Source: Eubacteriales bacterium
Lineage (GTDB): Bacteria > Bacillota > Clostridia > Oscillospirales > CAG-272
Length of the DNA: 64,000 nt
NCBI GenBank assembly: GCA_045658965.1
Contig: JAZOVZ010000050.1
Span: forward strand, 1,824 to 65,823
Direction of reading: 5' to 3'
Part shown: piece by piece, positions 39,046 through 47,583 of the stretch
Position numbering within the stretch: the stretch's first letter is position 1
How the letters are laid out: each line of letters starts with the position of its first letter
Notes under the pieces: model-generated
The model's input: only the letters and a program-made list of their open reading frames with translations
Told to the model about the DNA's origin: nothing
Databases searched by the model: none
Translations under genes and position numbers: made by a program

Positions 39046-39326
39046 AAACTCATAAAAAGTTTTGATCAAACTTTTTCAAAAGTTTGTGCCGTAGGGCGGG
39101 GGCTTGCTCCCGCAGTATACAAAAAGGAAGCTACTTTGTGTAAGTAACTTCCTTTTTCTTTACATTGAGATAATTTTCTCCGTTCTTTTTTGACGGAGTA
39201 GCCGCAAAAAAGAACCAAAAAACGGCGATAAGGAGTTTCGCTCGTTGCGACGAGCGACCAAGGGCTACGCGCCCTTGGATGGGCGGTCGCTTTTTGAAAA
39301 AAGCAACGCAAAAACTTTCATCGTGG
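39046..39326. repeat. MITE-like non-coding element, copy 2 (short left arm, conserved core with terminator hairpin, full right arm)
   Basis: It shares aactcat(a/g)aaaagtttt..., gccgtagggcgggggcttgctcccgcag, ...tacattgagataattt(c/t)ctccgttcttttt.gac and the right arm ggcgataa(a/g)gagtttcgc...aaaactttca with copy 1. Confidence 0.75.
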
Positions 39327-39422
39327 GGCGTCCGTATGGTGGCGGTTGCCCAAATTTTGTTTCTCATAATCTCTCAAAACTCTCCCAAACTAACCTTTGA
39401 ATACACAAAAAGGAACGTGATT

Positions 39423-40871
39423 ATGGGTAAACTGGGTGAAAATTATCGGGTCAACGTGGCAACGCTGGACAGCCTTTTGCATCCCGATGAGAATTTTGAC
39501 GTCATTCGCAAGGTCTTGCGCGTAGGCAAGGACGAAATGACGCTTTATTATATAGACGGCTTTGTGAGCGCGACGCCCATGCAAAAGCTGATGATGCATT
39601 TTCTCTCGCTGGATTCGCTGCAAACGCCTCCCGACGGTGTCAAATCCGCCGCCGAGCGGTTTGCGGAATACAACGTGCCGCACGTGGAGTGCGATATCAC
39701 GGGTGACGTTGACCTCATGGTGCAAATGGTGCTGTCGGGCGCAACGCTCATCCTTGCCTCTACCTTCGGGCCTCTTGCGCTCATTGTTGATGCGCGGACC
39801 TATCCCGCACGCTCGACCGAAGAGCCCGAGGGCGACCGCGTTATGGTTGGCTCGCGCGACGGATTTGTCGAAACGCTCATTTTCAATACCGCGCTTTTGC
39901 GCCGCCGCGTGCGCGACCCGCAGCTGACCATGCAGTATTTTACGGTGGGCAGACATTCCAAAACCGACGTGGTCATGTGCTATCTTGCAAGCCGTGCCAA
40001 TCCCGATTACGTGCGCAGACTGGAAAAGCGGCTTGCCTCCATCGATACCGATGCGCTGCCTCTGGGGCATCAATCGCTTGCCGAATGCCTGGTCAAGGCG
40101 CGCTGGTATAATCCCTTTCCCAAGATCCGCTATACCGAGCGACCCGACACCGCCGCCGCGCAGGTGTTGGAGGGGAGCGTGCTGATCTTTTGCGATAACT
40201 CTCCGCAGGTCATGATCCTGCCCGTCAGCATCTTCGACTTCATGCAGGAGACCAACGACTATTATTTTACCCCGTTGACCGGCACTTATATCCGAGTTGT
40301 GCGCTACGTCGTGTTCGCGCTTTCGCTGTTTTTGGTGCCCACGTGGTATCTGCTGATCTCTAACGCCGAGATCATACCGGCATGGCTGCAGTTTATCATT
40401 CCGCAAGAGGCGGGGCGCATTCCCATTATCGCGCAGCTGCTCTTGACCGAGTTTATCATTGACGGCTTGCGCATGGCGTCGCTCAATACGCCCAGCATGC
40501 TGTCCAATTCGCTTTCGGTCGTGGGCGGCTTGATCCTCGGTGATTTCGCGGTGGGGATCGGCTGGCTGATTCCCGAGGTCATCTTGTATATGGCGTTCGT
40601 TGCCATTGCCACCTTTACGCAACGTTCGTACGAATTGGGCTATGCCTTCAAATTCCTGCGCATCGGTCTGTTGATCCTGACCGCGCTTTGCGGTGTGTGG
40701 GGCTATGTCGCGGGTACTGTGGTGATCGCGGTGCTGCTGGCTACAAACAAGACTGTCAACGGCGGGCGCAGGTATCTCTATCCGCTTATCCCGTTCGACG
40801 GCAGGGCATTGCTGACGCTGTTGGTGCGGCGCAAAAAGCAGAGCGACGTCCATGCAAACGAGCAAAAATAA
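39423..40871 (+). CDS. spore germination protein, GerA/SpoVAF family
   Basis: ATG 39423 starts MGKLGENYRVNVATLDSLL.. and the translation includes ..LYYIDGFV... The soluble N-domain and 4-5 C-terminal TM helices are typical of GerAA/SpoVAF proteins. Confidence 0.75.
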   Translation: MGKLGENYRVNVATLDSLLHPDENFDVIRKVLRVGKDEMTLYYIDGFVSATPMQKLMMHFLSLDSLQTPPDGVKSAAERFAEYNVPHVECDITGDVDLMVQMVLSGATLILASTFGPLALIVDARTYPARSTEEPEGDRVMVGSRDGFVETLIFNTALLRRRVRDPQLTMQYFTVGRHSKTDVVMCYLASRANPDYVRRLEKRLASIDTDALPLGHQSLAECLVKARWYNPFPKIRYTERPDTAAAQVLEGSVLIFCDNSPQVMILPVSIFDFMQETNDYYFTPLTGTYIRVVRYVVFALSLFLVPTWYLLISNAEIIPAWLQFIIPQEAGRIPIIAQLLLTEFIIDGLRMASLNTPSMLSNSLSVVGGLILGDFAVGIGWLIPEVILYMAFVAIATFTQRSYELGYAFKFLRIGLLILTALCGVWGYVAGTVVIAVLLATNKTVNGGRRYLYPLIPFDGRALLTLLVRRKKQSDVHANEQK

Positions 40872-40982
40872 ACGTCGCAGTACGCCATTTTCCACGGTTG
40901 TCCGCCATTTCTTTTATTGGGAAATAGCGCAAAATTAAATAAATGGTAATAAATGTAAGTAATTACAGTTATTATTAAAAAC

Positions 40983-41017
40983 GCGGGTGCAACTTTAGGA
41001 TTGCACCCGTAATTTTT
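40983..41017 (+). terminator. rho-independent terminator after the gerA-family gene
   Basis: The stem cgggtgcaa/ttgcacccg is followed by taattttt. Confidence 0.75.
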
Positions 41018-41070
41018 CGCAAAAGATACAAAAAAACAGAACGGTTTTTTGAAAAATCGCACATTCCCTC

Positions 41071-41099
41071 TTGCGTTTTTTCAGTAATAAGTTTATAAT
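41071..41099 (+). promoter_or_regulatory. Pmra-like promoter of the dcw cluster
   Basis: TTGCGT, a 17-nt spacer, then TATAAT. Confidence 0.65.
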
Positions 41100-41112
41100 A
41101 AATATACCCGAT

Positions 41113-41138
41113 GTGGGGAGCTGTGGGGCAAAGTGTTG
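41113..41138 (+). promoter_or_regulatory. candidate MraZ operator: three phased GTG(G/T)(G/T)G boxes
   Basis: GTGGGG sits at 41113 and 41123, and GTGTTG at 41133. The spacing is exactly 10 bp, just downstream of the -10. Confidence 0.6.
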
Positions 41139-41190
41139 AATTTGTCGTACACAACGACACAAGGATGCAAGGAAAGGAGGACCGAATACC

Positions 41191-41613
41191 GTGCTGACAG
41201 GTGAATTTCGCCATACTGTGGACGCCAAGAACAGACTTTTTATTCCCGCAAAGCACCGCGAGGAGCTGGGCGATGAGCTGATCGTGGCGCGTGATATCCG
41301 CGCACAGGTTCTCAAGGTCTTTTCCTTGGAGGGATGGAACGAATATATCGCTCCCATTAAAAAGCAAGAGCGCAGAGTAGCTGAGCCTGCGCTGCGTTAT
41401 CTGCACAGAAATGCTGCTAAGGTGACTCCCGATTCGCAGGGAAGAATCCTTTTGCCGCAGGCACTGCTGGATTTTGCAGGAATTGAAAAGAATGCCGTTG
41501 TAGTCGGCAATTGCGATTGCGTGGAGATCTGGTCTGAGGCTTTGTATGAGGCTGAGATCCAGAATGAGGACAGAGACGAGCTGCGCGCAAAGCTGGAATT
41601 GTTGGGGTTGTAA
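41191..41613 (+). CDS. mraZ: transcriptional regulator MraZ
   Basis: The gene has a GTG start. The translation MLTGEFRHTVDAKNRLFIPAKHRE shows the duplicated DxxxR SpoVT/AbrB-like halves. Confidence 0.93.
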   Translation: MLTGEFRHTVDAKNRLFIPAKHREELGDELIVARDIRAQVLKVFSLEGWNEYIAPIKKQERRVAEPALRYLHRNAAKVTPDSQGRILLPQALLDFAGIEKNAVVVGNCDCVEIWSEALYEAEIQNEDRDELRAKLELLGL

Positions 41614-41616
41614 GAG

Positions 41617-42558
41617 ATGGCAGAGCAGGTATTTTCGCACGTTTCGGTGCTGCTGCACGAGTGCATGGACGCGCTGGATATCAAGCCCGACGGTATATAT
41701 ATTGATGGAACGGCAGGCGGTGCAGGGCACTCGCAGGAGATCGCCTCTCGTCTGGGCAACGGTAAGCTGATCGCGCTGGATCGCGATCTGACCGCGGTTG
41801 CCGTGGCAAGCGAGCGTCTTTCTCGCTTCGGTGAGCACGCGCAGGTCGTGCACAGCAACTTTTCCGAGATGGCACAGGTGTGCCGCGAGCTTGGGATAGA
41901 CGGTGTGGACGGCGTGCTGCTTGATCTTGGCGTATCCTCTTATCAGCTGGATACTGCAGATCGCGGCTTTTCCTATATGGCAGATGCTCCCTTGGACATG
42001 CGCATGAACCGCGAGGACAAGCTGGATGCATACACCGTTGTAAACACCTATACCGAGCAGGAGCTCAAACGCATTATATACGATTACGGCGAGGAGAGAT
42101 TTGCACCCCGCATTGCCTCCCGCATTGTCAAGGCAAGAGAAACTGCCCCCATCAGCACGACGGGTGAGCTGGTGGACATTATCAAATCCGCCATGCCCGC
42201 GGCAGCTAAAGAGGGCGGCCATCACCCCGCAAAGCGTACCTTCCAGGCAATCCGCATTGAGGTCAACGGGGAGCTTTCGGTCATCGAGCCCACCATCCGC
42301 GATGCCGTTAATCTGTTGAAGCCCGGTGGCAGAATTGCCATCATTACCTTCCATTCGCTTGAGGACAGACTGGTCAAGCAGACCTTTGCGTCCTTGGCAT
42401 CCGGCTGCACCTGCCCGCGCGATTTTCCCGTGTGCGTGTGCGGCAAAAAGCCGCTGGTCGAGGTGATCAGCCGCAAACCTATCTTGCCCTCGGAGCAAGA
42501 GCTTACGATCAATCCTCGGTCGCGCAGTGCTAAATTGCGTGTAGCCGAGAAACTATAG
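41617..42558 (+). CDS. rsmH: 16S rRNA (cytosine1402-N4)-methyltransferase
   Basis: The translation has ..HVSVLLHECMDAL...YIDGTAGGAGHS... Confidence 0.95.
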   Translation: MAEQVFSHVSVLLHECMDALDIKPDGIYIDGTAGGAGHSQEIASRLGNGKLIALDRDLTAVAVASERLSRFGEHAQVVHSNFSEMAQVCRELGIDGVDGVLLDLGVSSYQLDTADRGFSYMADAPLDMRMNREDKLDAYTVVNTYTEQELKRIIYDYGEERFAPRIASRIVKARETAPISTTGELVDIIKSAMPAAAKEGGHHPAKRTFQAIRIEVNGELSVIEPTIRDAVNLLKPGGRIAIITFHSLEDRLVKQTFASLASGCTCPRDFPVCVCGKKPLVEVISRKPILPSEQELTINPRSRSAKLRVAEKL

Positions 42559-42570
42559 AGGGAGGACCCG

Positions 42571-43443
42571 ATGGAGCACATCATGCAAGCAAAAAAGCCC
42601 CACTACACCGCGTGCGCGGAGTACGTGGATGCCTTGTGTAAGAGATACAAGGACAGAGGCATTGCCGCGCACGTGCGTACTGACGCCAAGCGTCAGGAGC
42701 GTGAGGAGGCACTGTCGCACGCTATGGCACCCGGTGCGTATATCATGGCAGAGCGCGTGTCGGACGGCAAGGCAGACAAATACCGTACGGGTCTTTACAA
42801 GGGCGAGCGACACATGACTGCAGACGATTTCGTGCGCTATTATCACGATCAGCGCAGCTATAAAATGCCCAATTACAGCGTCAGAGCCACCGTTGCACAG
42901 CAGCAGGAGGCAGAGGTCACGGGAGGGCAGTCGCCAAAAAAAGCCCTGTGGCTTACTCTGACCGAGCAAATGCCCGAGTCGGTGCGCAAGTACCTGGAAA
43001 GCCCCGCGACCGCAAGGTTGGCTGAGATTTCCCGCGACTGGTTCCCGATTGAAAAGGAGCAGAAGTGCGAGAAGAGCGAAGTAAAGAAGATGCCCGCAGG
43101 CGTGCTTGGCGCGATGCTGACGGTCACGCTTTGCTGCGTTATGATCGTAGGCAGCTCGGTTATGGTAAGCCTGTCCGTCAGAGAAGCCAGCATCCTGCAA
43201 AACAAGCTGGATGCACTGGACAAGCAGTATACCACGCTGAATACCGAGCTTTCGCTCAAAAACGATATGCTGGAGATCGAGCGGATCGCCGTGGAGGAAT
43301 ACAATATGGTGCGCTCCGAGTTCGTTCCCACGCAAGTGCTTACCACCGAGAGTGAGAACACGGTGGAGGTCTATGAACAAAAAAGCGAATTTGGTCAAGG
43401 ACTTTCGAATTTGCTCAGTGCGATCGGAATTATAGTGGATTGA
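42571..43443 (+). CDS. FtsL/DivIC-like cell-division protein with a roughly 180-aa N-terminal cytoplasmic extension
   Basis: A single TM helix (AGVLGAMLTVTLCCVMIVGSSVMV) is followed by a coiled-coil/septum-formation-initiator-like segment. Its position after rsmH fits. Confidence 0.6.
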   Translation: MEHIMQAKKPHYTACAEYVDALCKRYKDRGIAAHVRTDAKRQEREEALSHAMAPGAYIMAERVSDGKADKYRTGLYKGERHMTADDFVRYYHDQRSYKMPNYSVRATVAQQQEAEVTGGQSPKKALWLTLTEQMPESVRKYLESPATARLAEISRDWFPIEKEQKCEKSEVKKMPAGVLGAMLTVTLCCVMIVGSSVMVSLSVREASILQNKLDALDKQYTTLNTELSLKNDMLEIERIAVEEYNMVRSEFVPTQVLTTESENTVEVYEQKSEFGQGLSNLLSAIGIIVD

Positions 43444-43488
43444 GCGAGATTGCCTGCATAAAAGTCGCGCGCAGTTCATAGATTGACA

Positions 43489-43517
43489 TTGACAGGACAA
43501 GGCGAATCCGATATAAT
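43489..43517 (+). promoter_or_regulatory. internal sigma-A-type promoter upstream of the PBP gene
   Basis: TTGACA, a 17-nt spacer, then TATAAT. Confidence 0.6.
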
Positions 43518-43531
43518 ATTCGTATCGGGTC

Positions 43532-43645
43532 AAAAAGGCGGCGGGCGCATTTTTCGGGATTGCCGAATTTTTCGGCAGGGCTGAAAAAAAGTGCTTCGAC
43601 TCTTGCCCGGGCAGGAGACGGACACGGGCGCACGCCGCCGTTTTT
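43532..43645 (+). promoter_or_regulatory. long GC-clamped stem-loop with flanking A-run and T-run in the PBP leader (terminator/attenuator-like)
   Basis: ggcggcgggcgc (43537-48) pairs with gcgcacgccgcc (43628-39) at 11 of 12 positions. An inner hairpin tgccgaa/ttcggca is present. TTTTT follows at 43641-45. Confidence 0.45.
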
Positions 43646-43687
43646 ATCAAAACAAGCAAACAAACACGGAGGACGTAGGAGTTGAGT

Positions 43688-46006
43688 ATGCGGACCACAC
43701 AAACCCAGACCATTAAAAGAGCAGCGGTACTTGCCATGGCGGTATCGCTGGCTTTTGTGTTGTTGATGCTGCGTATTTTGATCCTGCAGACCGTGGAATA
43801 CGAAAAATATCAGGCAAAGGTCATCAGCCAGCTCACCACGCAGACCACCATTGAGGCGGATCGCGGTGCGATCTACGATGCAAACGGCATCTTGCTGGCG
43901 GGTAATGTGACCACCTACCGCGTGTTTATCTCCCCCCGTACCATCAAGGAAGCAAGCGATGAGAACGGCGTGGACTACGCGGACATGATCTCGCACGGAC
44001 TTTCCGAGCGTCTTGAGGACGTCAGCTACGAGGACGTGCAATTCCAGACCACCAAAACGCAATACCTGGACAGAACCATTGCGCGCAAGGTCACAAGTGA
44101 TATAGCAAAGCAGATCCGTACCTTTATCGCGGAAAACGGACTTGAGGACATGATCTATCTGGAGGCAACCGCTACGCGCTACTATCCCTACGAGTCGCTG
44201 GGTGCACATACCATTGGCTTTACCAACAACGACGGTACGGGTATTTACGGCTTGGAATACACCTATGAGGAGTTTCTGAAGGGTACGGACGGCAAATACG
44301 TGACCGCACGCGACGCAGACGGCAACGAGATGCCTTACGATTACGAGAGCATGGTGCCCGCAGTACCGGGTTACTCGCTCAACACCACCATCGACGTTTT
44401 CGTGCAGAACGCACTTGACGAGCAGGTCAAGCAAGCGTATATTGAATCCGGCGGTGAAAACCGCGCTTGCGGCGTGGTCATGAACGTCAAAACGGGCGAT
44501 ATTCTTGCCATTTCGGTGTATCCGACCTTTAACCTCAACGATCCCTGGACGCTCAACGAGGACAGCCTTAAGGCGCTGCAGGAGAGCGGATTTGCCGAGG
44601 ATAGCGAGGAATACGGCAAGCTTTCGCAGGAGCTTTTGCTGACCACGTGGAATAACAAGGCGGTTACCGAGGTGTATATGCCCGGTTCGACCTTCAAGAT
44701 CATTACAGCCGCTATGGCGTGTGAGGAAAATCTTCCTATTATCAATGAAACGCATTTCTGCCCCGGTTATCATATCGTGAACGGCAGAAAGATCAAATGC
44801 CACAAGGTGCAGGGACACGGCTCGCTGACCTTTGCGGAGGGCATTCAGCAGTCTTGCAACCCTTGGCTGATGCGCATCGGTGCGGACATTGGTGCAAGCC
44901 GCTTTTATAACTATTTTAAATCGTTCGGCTATTTTGAAAAGACCGGTATTGATCTGCCCGGTGAGGGCAGCACGGTCGAGGGCGTGACCTTCTGGAACAA
45001 GGGCTTGTTCGAGAGTGCGGATATTTATCTTGCTACCGCGTCGTTCGGTCAGAACTTCAAGATCTCGGTGCTGGGTCACGTAACCGCAATTGCGGCGGTG
45101 GCAAACGGCGGTGATCTGGTTACTCCCAGATTGGTCAAGAGCATCGTAGACCAGAACGGCAACGTGATCAAGAGCTTCGAACCCGAGATCAAGCGTCAGG
45201 TGATCAGCGCACAGACCGCCGAGACCATCTCCAAAATTTTGGAAGAGGGCGTTTCGGGTAACGGCGGCGCGAAAAACGCCTACGTTGCCGGCTACAGGAT
45301 CGCAGCCAAGACCGGTACCTCCGAGAAAAAGGACCTGAAGGATGCCGAGGGCAATCTGATCGAGGGCAAATATATCTGCTCCACCGTTGCGTACGCGCCT
45401 GCGGATGATCCGCAGTATATCACACTGATCATGGTGGACCAACCCACCAAGGGCACGTTGTACGGCTCTGTGGTAGCAGCACCTTACGTTGGTAACGTCA
45501 TGGCAACCATTCTGCCTTATCTTGGCGTGGAGGCTGTCTATACCGATGCCGAGCTTGCCAAGAAGGCGGTTGAGACGCCTGCGGTCGTTTGGTGGCCCCT
45601 TGATGCCGCACGCGATTATGCAAACAGCCTGGGCATTGAGCTTGAGGTGATCGGTGACGGTGATACGATTTTTGCGCAATCTCCCGCAGCAGGCACCAAG
45701 ATGGAAAAGCAAGGATCCAAGCTGATCGTGTATACCGAGCGATCTGCTGAAAAGCAGATGGTCAAGGTGCCCGATCTGACGGGAAAAACTGCTGTTGCTG
45801 CAAGCGGACTTCTGGCAAGCAGCCATCTGAATATCAAAATCACGGGTACGTACAATTATACCAGCGGTACGGCGGCTACTGCGTATGCACAGTCGATCGA
45901 GCCGGGCACGCTTGTTGAGATCGGTACCACCGTTACGGTATACTTCCGTGACGAAAACGTGGCAGACGACGTGGAAAACCCTGACCTGCCCGAACTGAAT
46001 TATTAA
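43688..46006 (+). CDS. class B penicillin-binding protein (FtsI/PBP2B/SpoVD-type) with C-terminal PASTA domains
   Basis: The product has an N-terminal TM helix and a transpeptidase domain with STFK and KTGT motifs. PASTA-like repeats occur near the C-terminus (..VKVPDLTGKT..). Confidence 0.92.
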   Translation: MRTTQTQTIKRAAVLAMAVSLAFVLLMLRILILQTVEYEKYQAKVISQLTTQTTIEADRGAIYDANGILLAGNVTTYRVFISPRTIKEASDENGVDYADMISHGLSERLEDVSYEDVQFQTTKTQYLDRTIARKVTSDIAKQIRTFIAENGLEDMIYLEATATRYYPYESLGAHTIGFTNNDGTGIYGLEYTYEEFLKGTDGKYVTARDADGNEMPYDYESMVPAVPGYSLNTTIDVFVQNALDEQVKQAYIESGGENRACGVVMNVKTGDILAISVYPTFNLNDPWTLNEDSLKALQESGFAEDSEEYGKLSQELLLTTWNNKAVTEVYMPGSTFKIITAAMACEENLPIINETHFCPGYHIVNGRKIKCHKVQGHGSLTFAEGIQQSCNPWLMRIGADIGASRFYNYFKSFGYFEKTGIDLPGEGSTVEGVTFWNKGLFESADIYLATASFGQNFKISVLGHVTAIAAVANGGDLVTPRLVKSIVDQNGNVIKSFEPEIKRQVISAQTAETISKILEEGVSGNGGAKNAYVAGYRIAAKTGTSEKKDLKDAEGNLIEGKYICSTVAYAPADDPQYITLIMVDQPTKGTLYGSVVAAPYVGNVMATILPYLGVEAVYTDAELAKKAVETPAVVWWPLDAARDYANSLGIELEVIGDGDTIFAQSPAAGTKMEKQGSKLIVYTERSAEKQMVKVPDLTGKTAVAASGLLASSHLNIKITGTYNYTSGTAATAYAQSIEPGTLVEIGTTVTVYFRDENVADDVENPDLPELNY

Positions 46007-46063
46007 AATTAAGGAATACTAAAAGAACGGAGAGCCTAAACAAACTAATTTTGGGAGGCTTTC

Positions 46064-47566
46064 ATGATTCTTTCTGATTTATGCAGCGCGGCAGGGCTTG
46101 CGTGCCCCGCGGATGCTGCGCAGATTTCCGTTGGCGGTATCTGTACCGATTCGGAAAAATTAATAAAAGGACAATTGTTCGTCTGCCTGCGCGGAACGCA
46201 CAGGGACGGACACGACTATCTGAGCGATGCCGGGGCGCGCGGTGCGTGCGCAGCGGTGATCGATCGGGATTATACGGGGGAGATCCCCCAAGGATTGTGC
46301 ACCGTGCGCGCGGACGATACGCGTGCAGCGGTAGCGTATTTGTTGGATGCGTGGTATGGTAAGCCCTCCGAAAAAATGCAATTTGTGGGCATTACGGGCA
46401 CAAACGGCAAAACCTCGGTGGCGTGGCTGCTTTACGGACTGCTTAAGCACGCGCAAATCAAGTGCGCAATGATCGGTACGGTCAAATGTGAGGGTCCTGC
46501 GGGTGAGGTGCCCAAGGACGTTTCGGGCAACGCCAATATGACCACGCCCGCCCCCGAGCAGCTGTATCCCATGCTGGCGGCGTTTGCCGAGCAGGGAACG
46601 CAGGTGGTGGTCATGGAGGTCACCTCGCATGCGCTTGCGCAAGAGCGATGTGCGCCCTTGCACTTTGCGCTTGGGATCTTTACCAATCTGACGCGCGATC
46701 ATCTGGATTTTCACGGTAGTATGGAGGCGTACGTTGCCGCAAAGAAAAAGTTGCTTGGAGCGTGTGACCGCGTTTTGCTGAATATGGACGACGAGCGCGT
46801 GGCAGCCTTGCGGGCAGAGAGCCCGTGTACTGCGCTGACTTGCTCGGCAAGACACAAAAATGCGGACTATTATGCCGAGGAAATTGCGATCAAGGCAGCG
46901 GGCGTGGCATATAAGCTGGTATCGGCAAATGCACGGTTGCGCATCCAATGCCCCATGAGCGGGTATTTCGCGGTCAATAATTCCTTGCAGGCATCGGCAG
47001 CAGCCCTGTTGCTTGGTGTCAAGGCGCAAAATATCAGGGACGGTATGGCTCTTGTGCCGCCCGTGCCCGGAAGAATGGAGAGAGTTGCACTCGGTGCGGA
47101 TCTGCCGTTTTCGGTGATCATCGATTACGCGCATACGCCCGATGCATTGGAAAGCCTGCTTACGTCTGTGCGCAGGTGCAAAACACGCGCACAGCGCACG
47201 GTATTGGTGTTTGGCTGCGGCGGGGACAGAGATAAAGGAAAACGCGCGCAAATGGGGCAGATTGCCTCGCGCATGGCGGATTATTTTGTGATCACGGCGG
47301 ACAACAGCCGTACAGAGCCGACGGATGCCATCATTGCGGACATTGTGCGCGGTGTGGACAAACGCGCGCATTACCGTGTGATCCGCGATCGACGCAGCGC
47401 CATCCGACACGCCATCGAGCACGCAAGAGCGGGCGACGTGATCCTGCTTGCGGGCAAGGGGCACGAGAACTATGAAATTGATCAGAATGGCAGACACGCC
47501 TTTGACGAGCGTGCCATTGCCGTTGAAGCTGTGCACGATTATTGGCGCGGCATACAGCAAGAATAA
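46064..47566 (+). CDS. murE: UDP-N-acetylmuramoyl-L-alanyl-D-glutamate--2,6-diaminopimelate ligase (MurE; DNSR variant of the DNPR motif)
   Basis: The translation has ..DSEKLIKGQLFVCLRGTHRDGHDY.. and GITGTNGKTS. ..ITADNSRTE.. retains the Arg associated with DAP specificity. Confidence 0.9.
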   Translation: MILSDLCSAAGLACPADAAQISVGGICTDSEKLIKGQLFVCLRGTHRDGHDYLSDAGARGACAAVIDRDYTGEIPQGLCTVRADDTRAAVAYLLDAWYGKPSEKMQFVGITGTNGKTSVAWLLYGLLKHAQIKCAMIGTVKCEGPAGEVPKDVSGNANMTTPAPEQLYPMLAAFAEQGTQVVVMEVTSHALAQERCAPLHFALGIFTNLTRDHLDFHGSMEAYVAAKKKLLGACDRVLLNMDDERVAALRAESPCTALTCSARHKNADYYAEEIAIKAAGVAYKLVSANARLRIQCPMSGYFAVNNSLQASAAALLLGVKAQNIRDGMALVPPVPGRMERVALGADLPFSVIIDYAHTPDALESLLTSVRRCKTRAQRTVLVFGCGGDRDKGKRAQMGQIASRMADYFVITADNSRTEPTDAIIADIVRGVDKRAHYRVIRDRRSAIRHAIEHARAGDVILLAGKGHENYEIDQNGRHAFDERAIAVEAVHDYWRGIQQE

Positions 47567-47583
47567 AAAAGGAGAGTGAGAAT

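Noticed and set aside
43430-45826. A 798-aa ORF on the minus strand, plus similar long antisense ORFs at 40975-42498, 3083-4717, 898-2349, 5732-6877, 17741-18721, 22759-23940, 37235-38617, 39390-40895, 46160-47560, 49056-50186 and 53513-54802.
   Set aside because: Each lies exactly antisense to a gene with unmistakable conserved motifs (PBP, MraZ/RsmH, RNase Y, TldD, GlyRS, L2, S8/L6, PFK, GerA-like, MurE, MraY, FtsZ). Their translations are low-complexity and rich in Arg, Ala, Gly, His and Leu. They lack SD sequences. Open antisense frames of this kind are expected when codons are biased to G/C in the third position.
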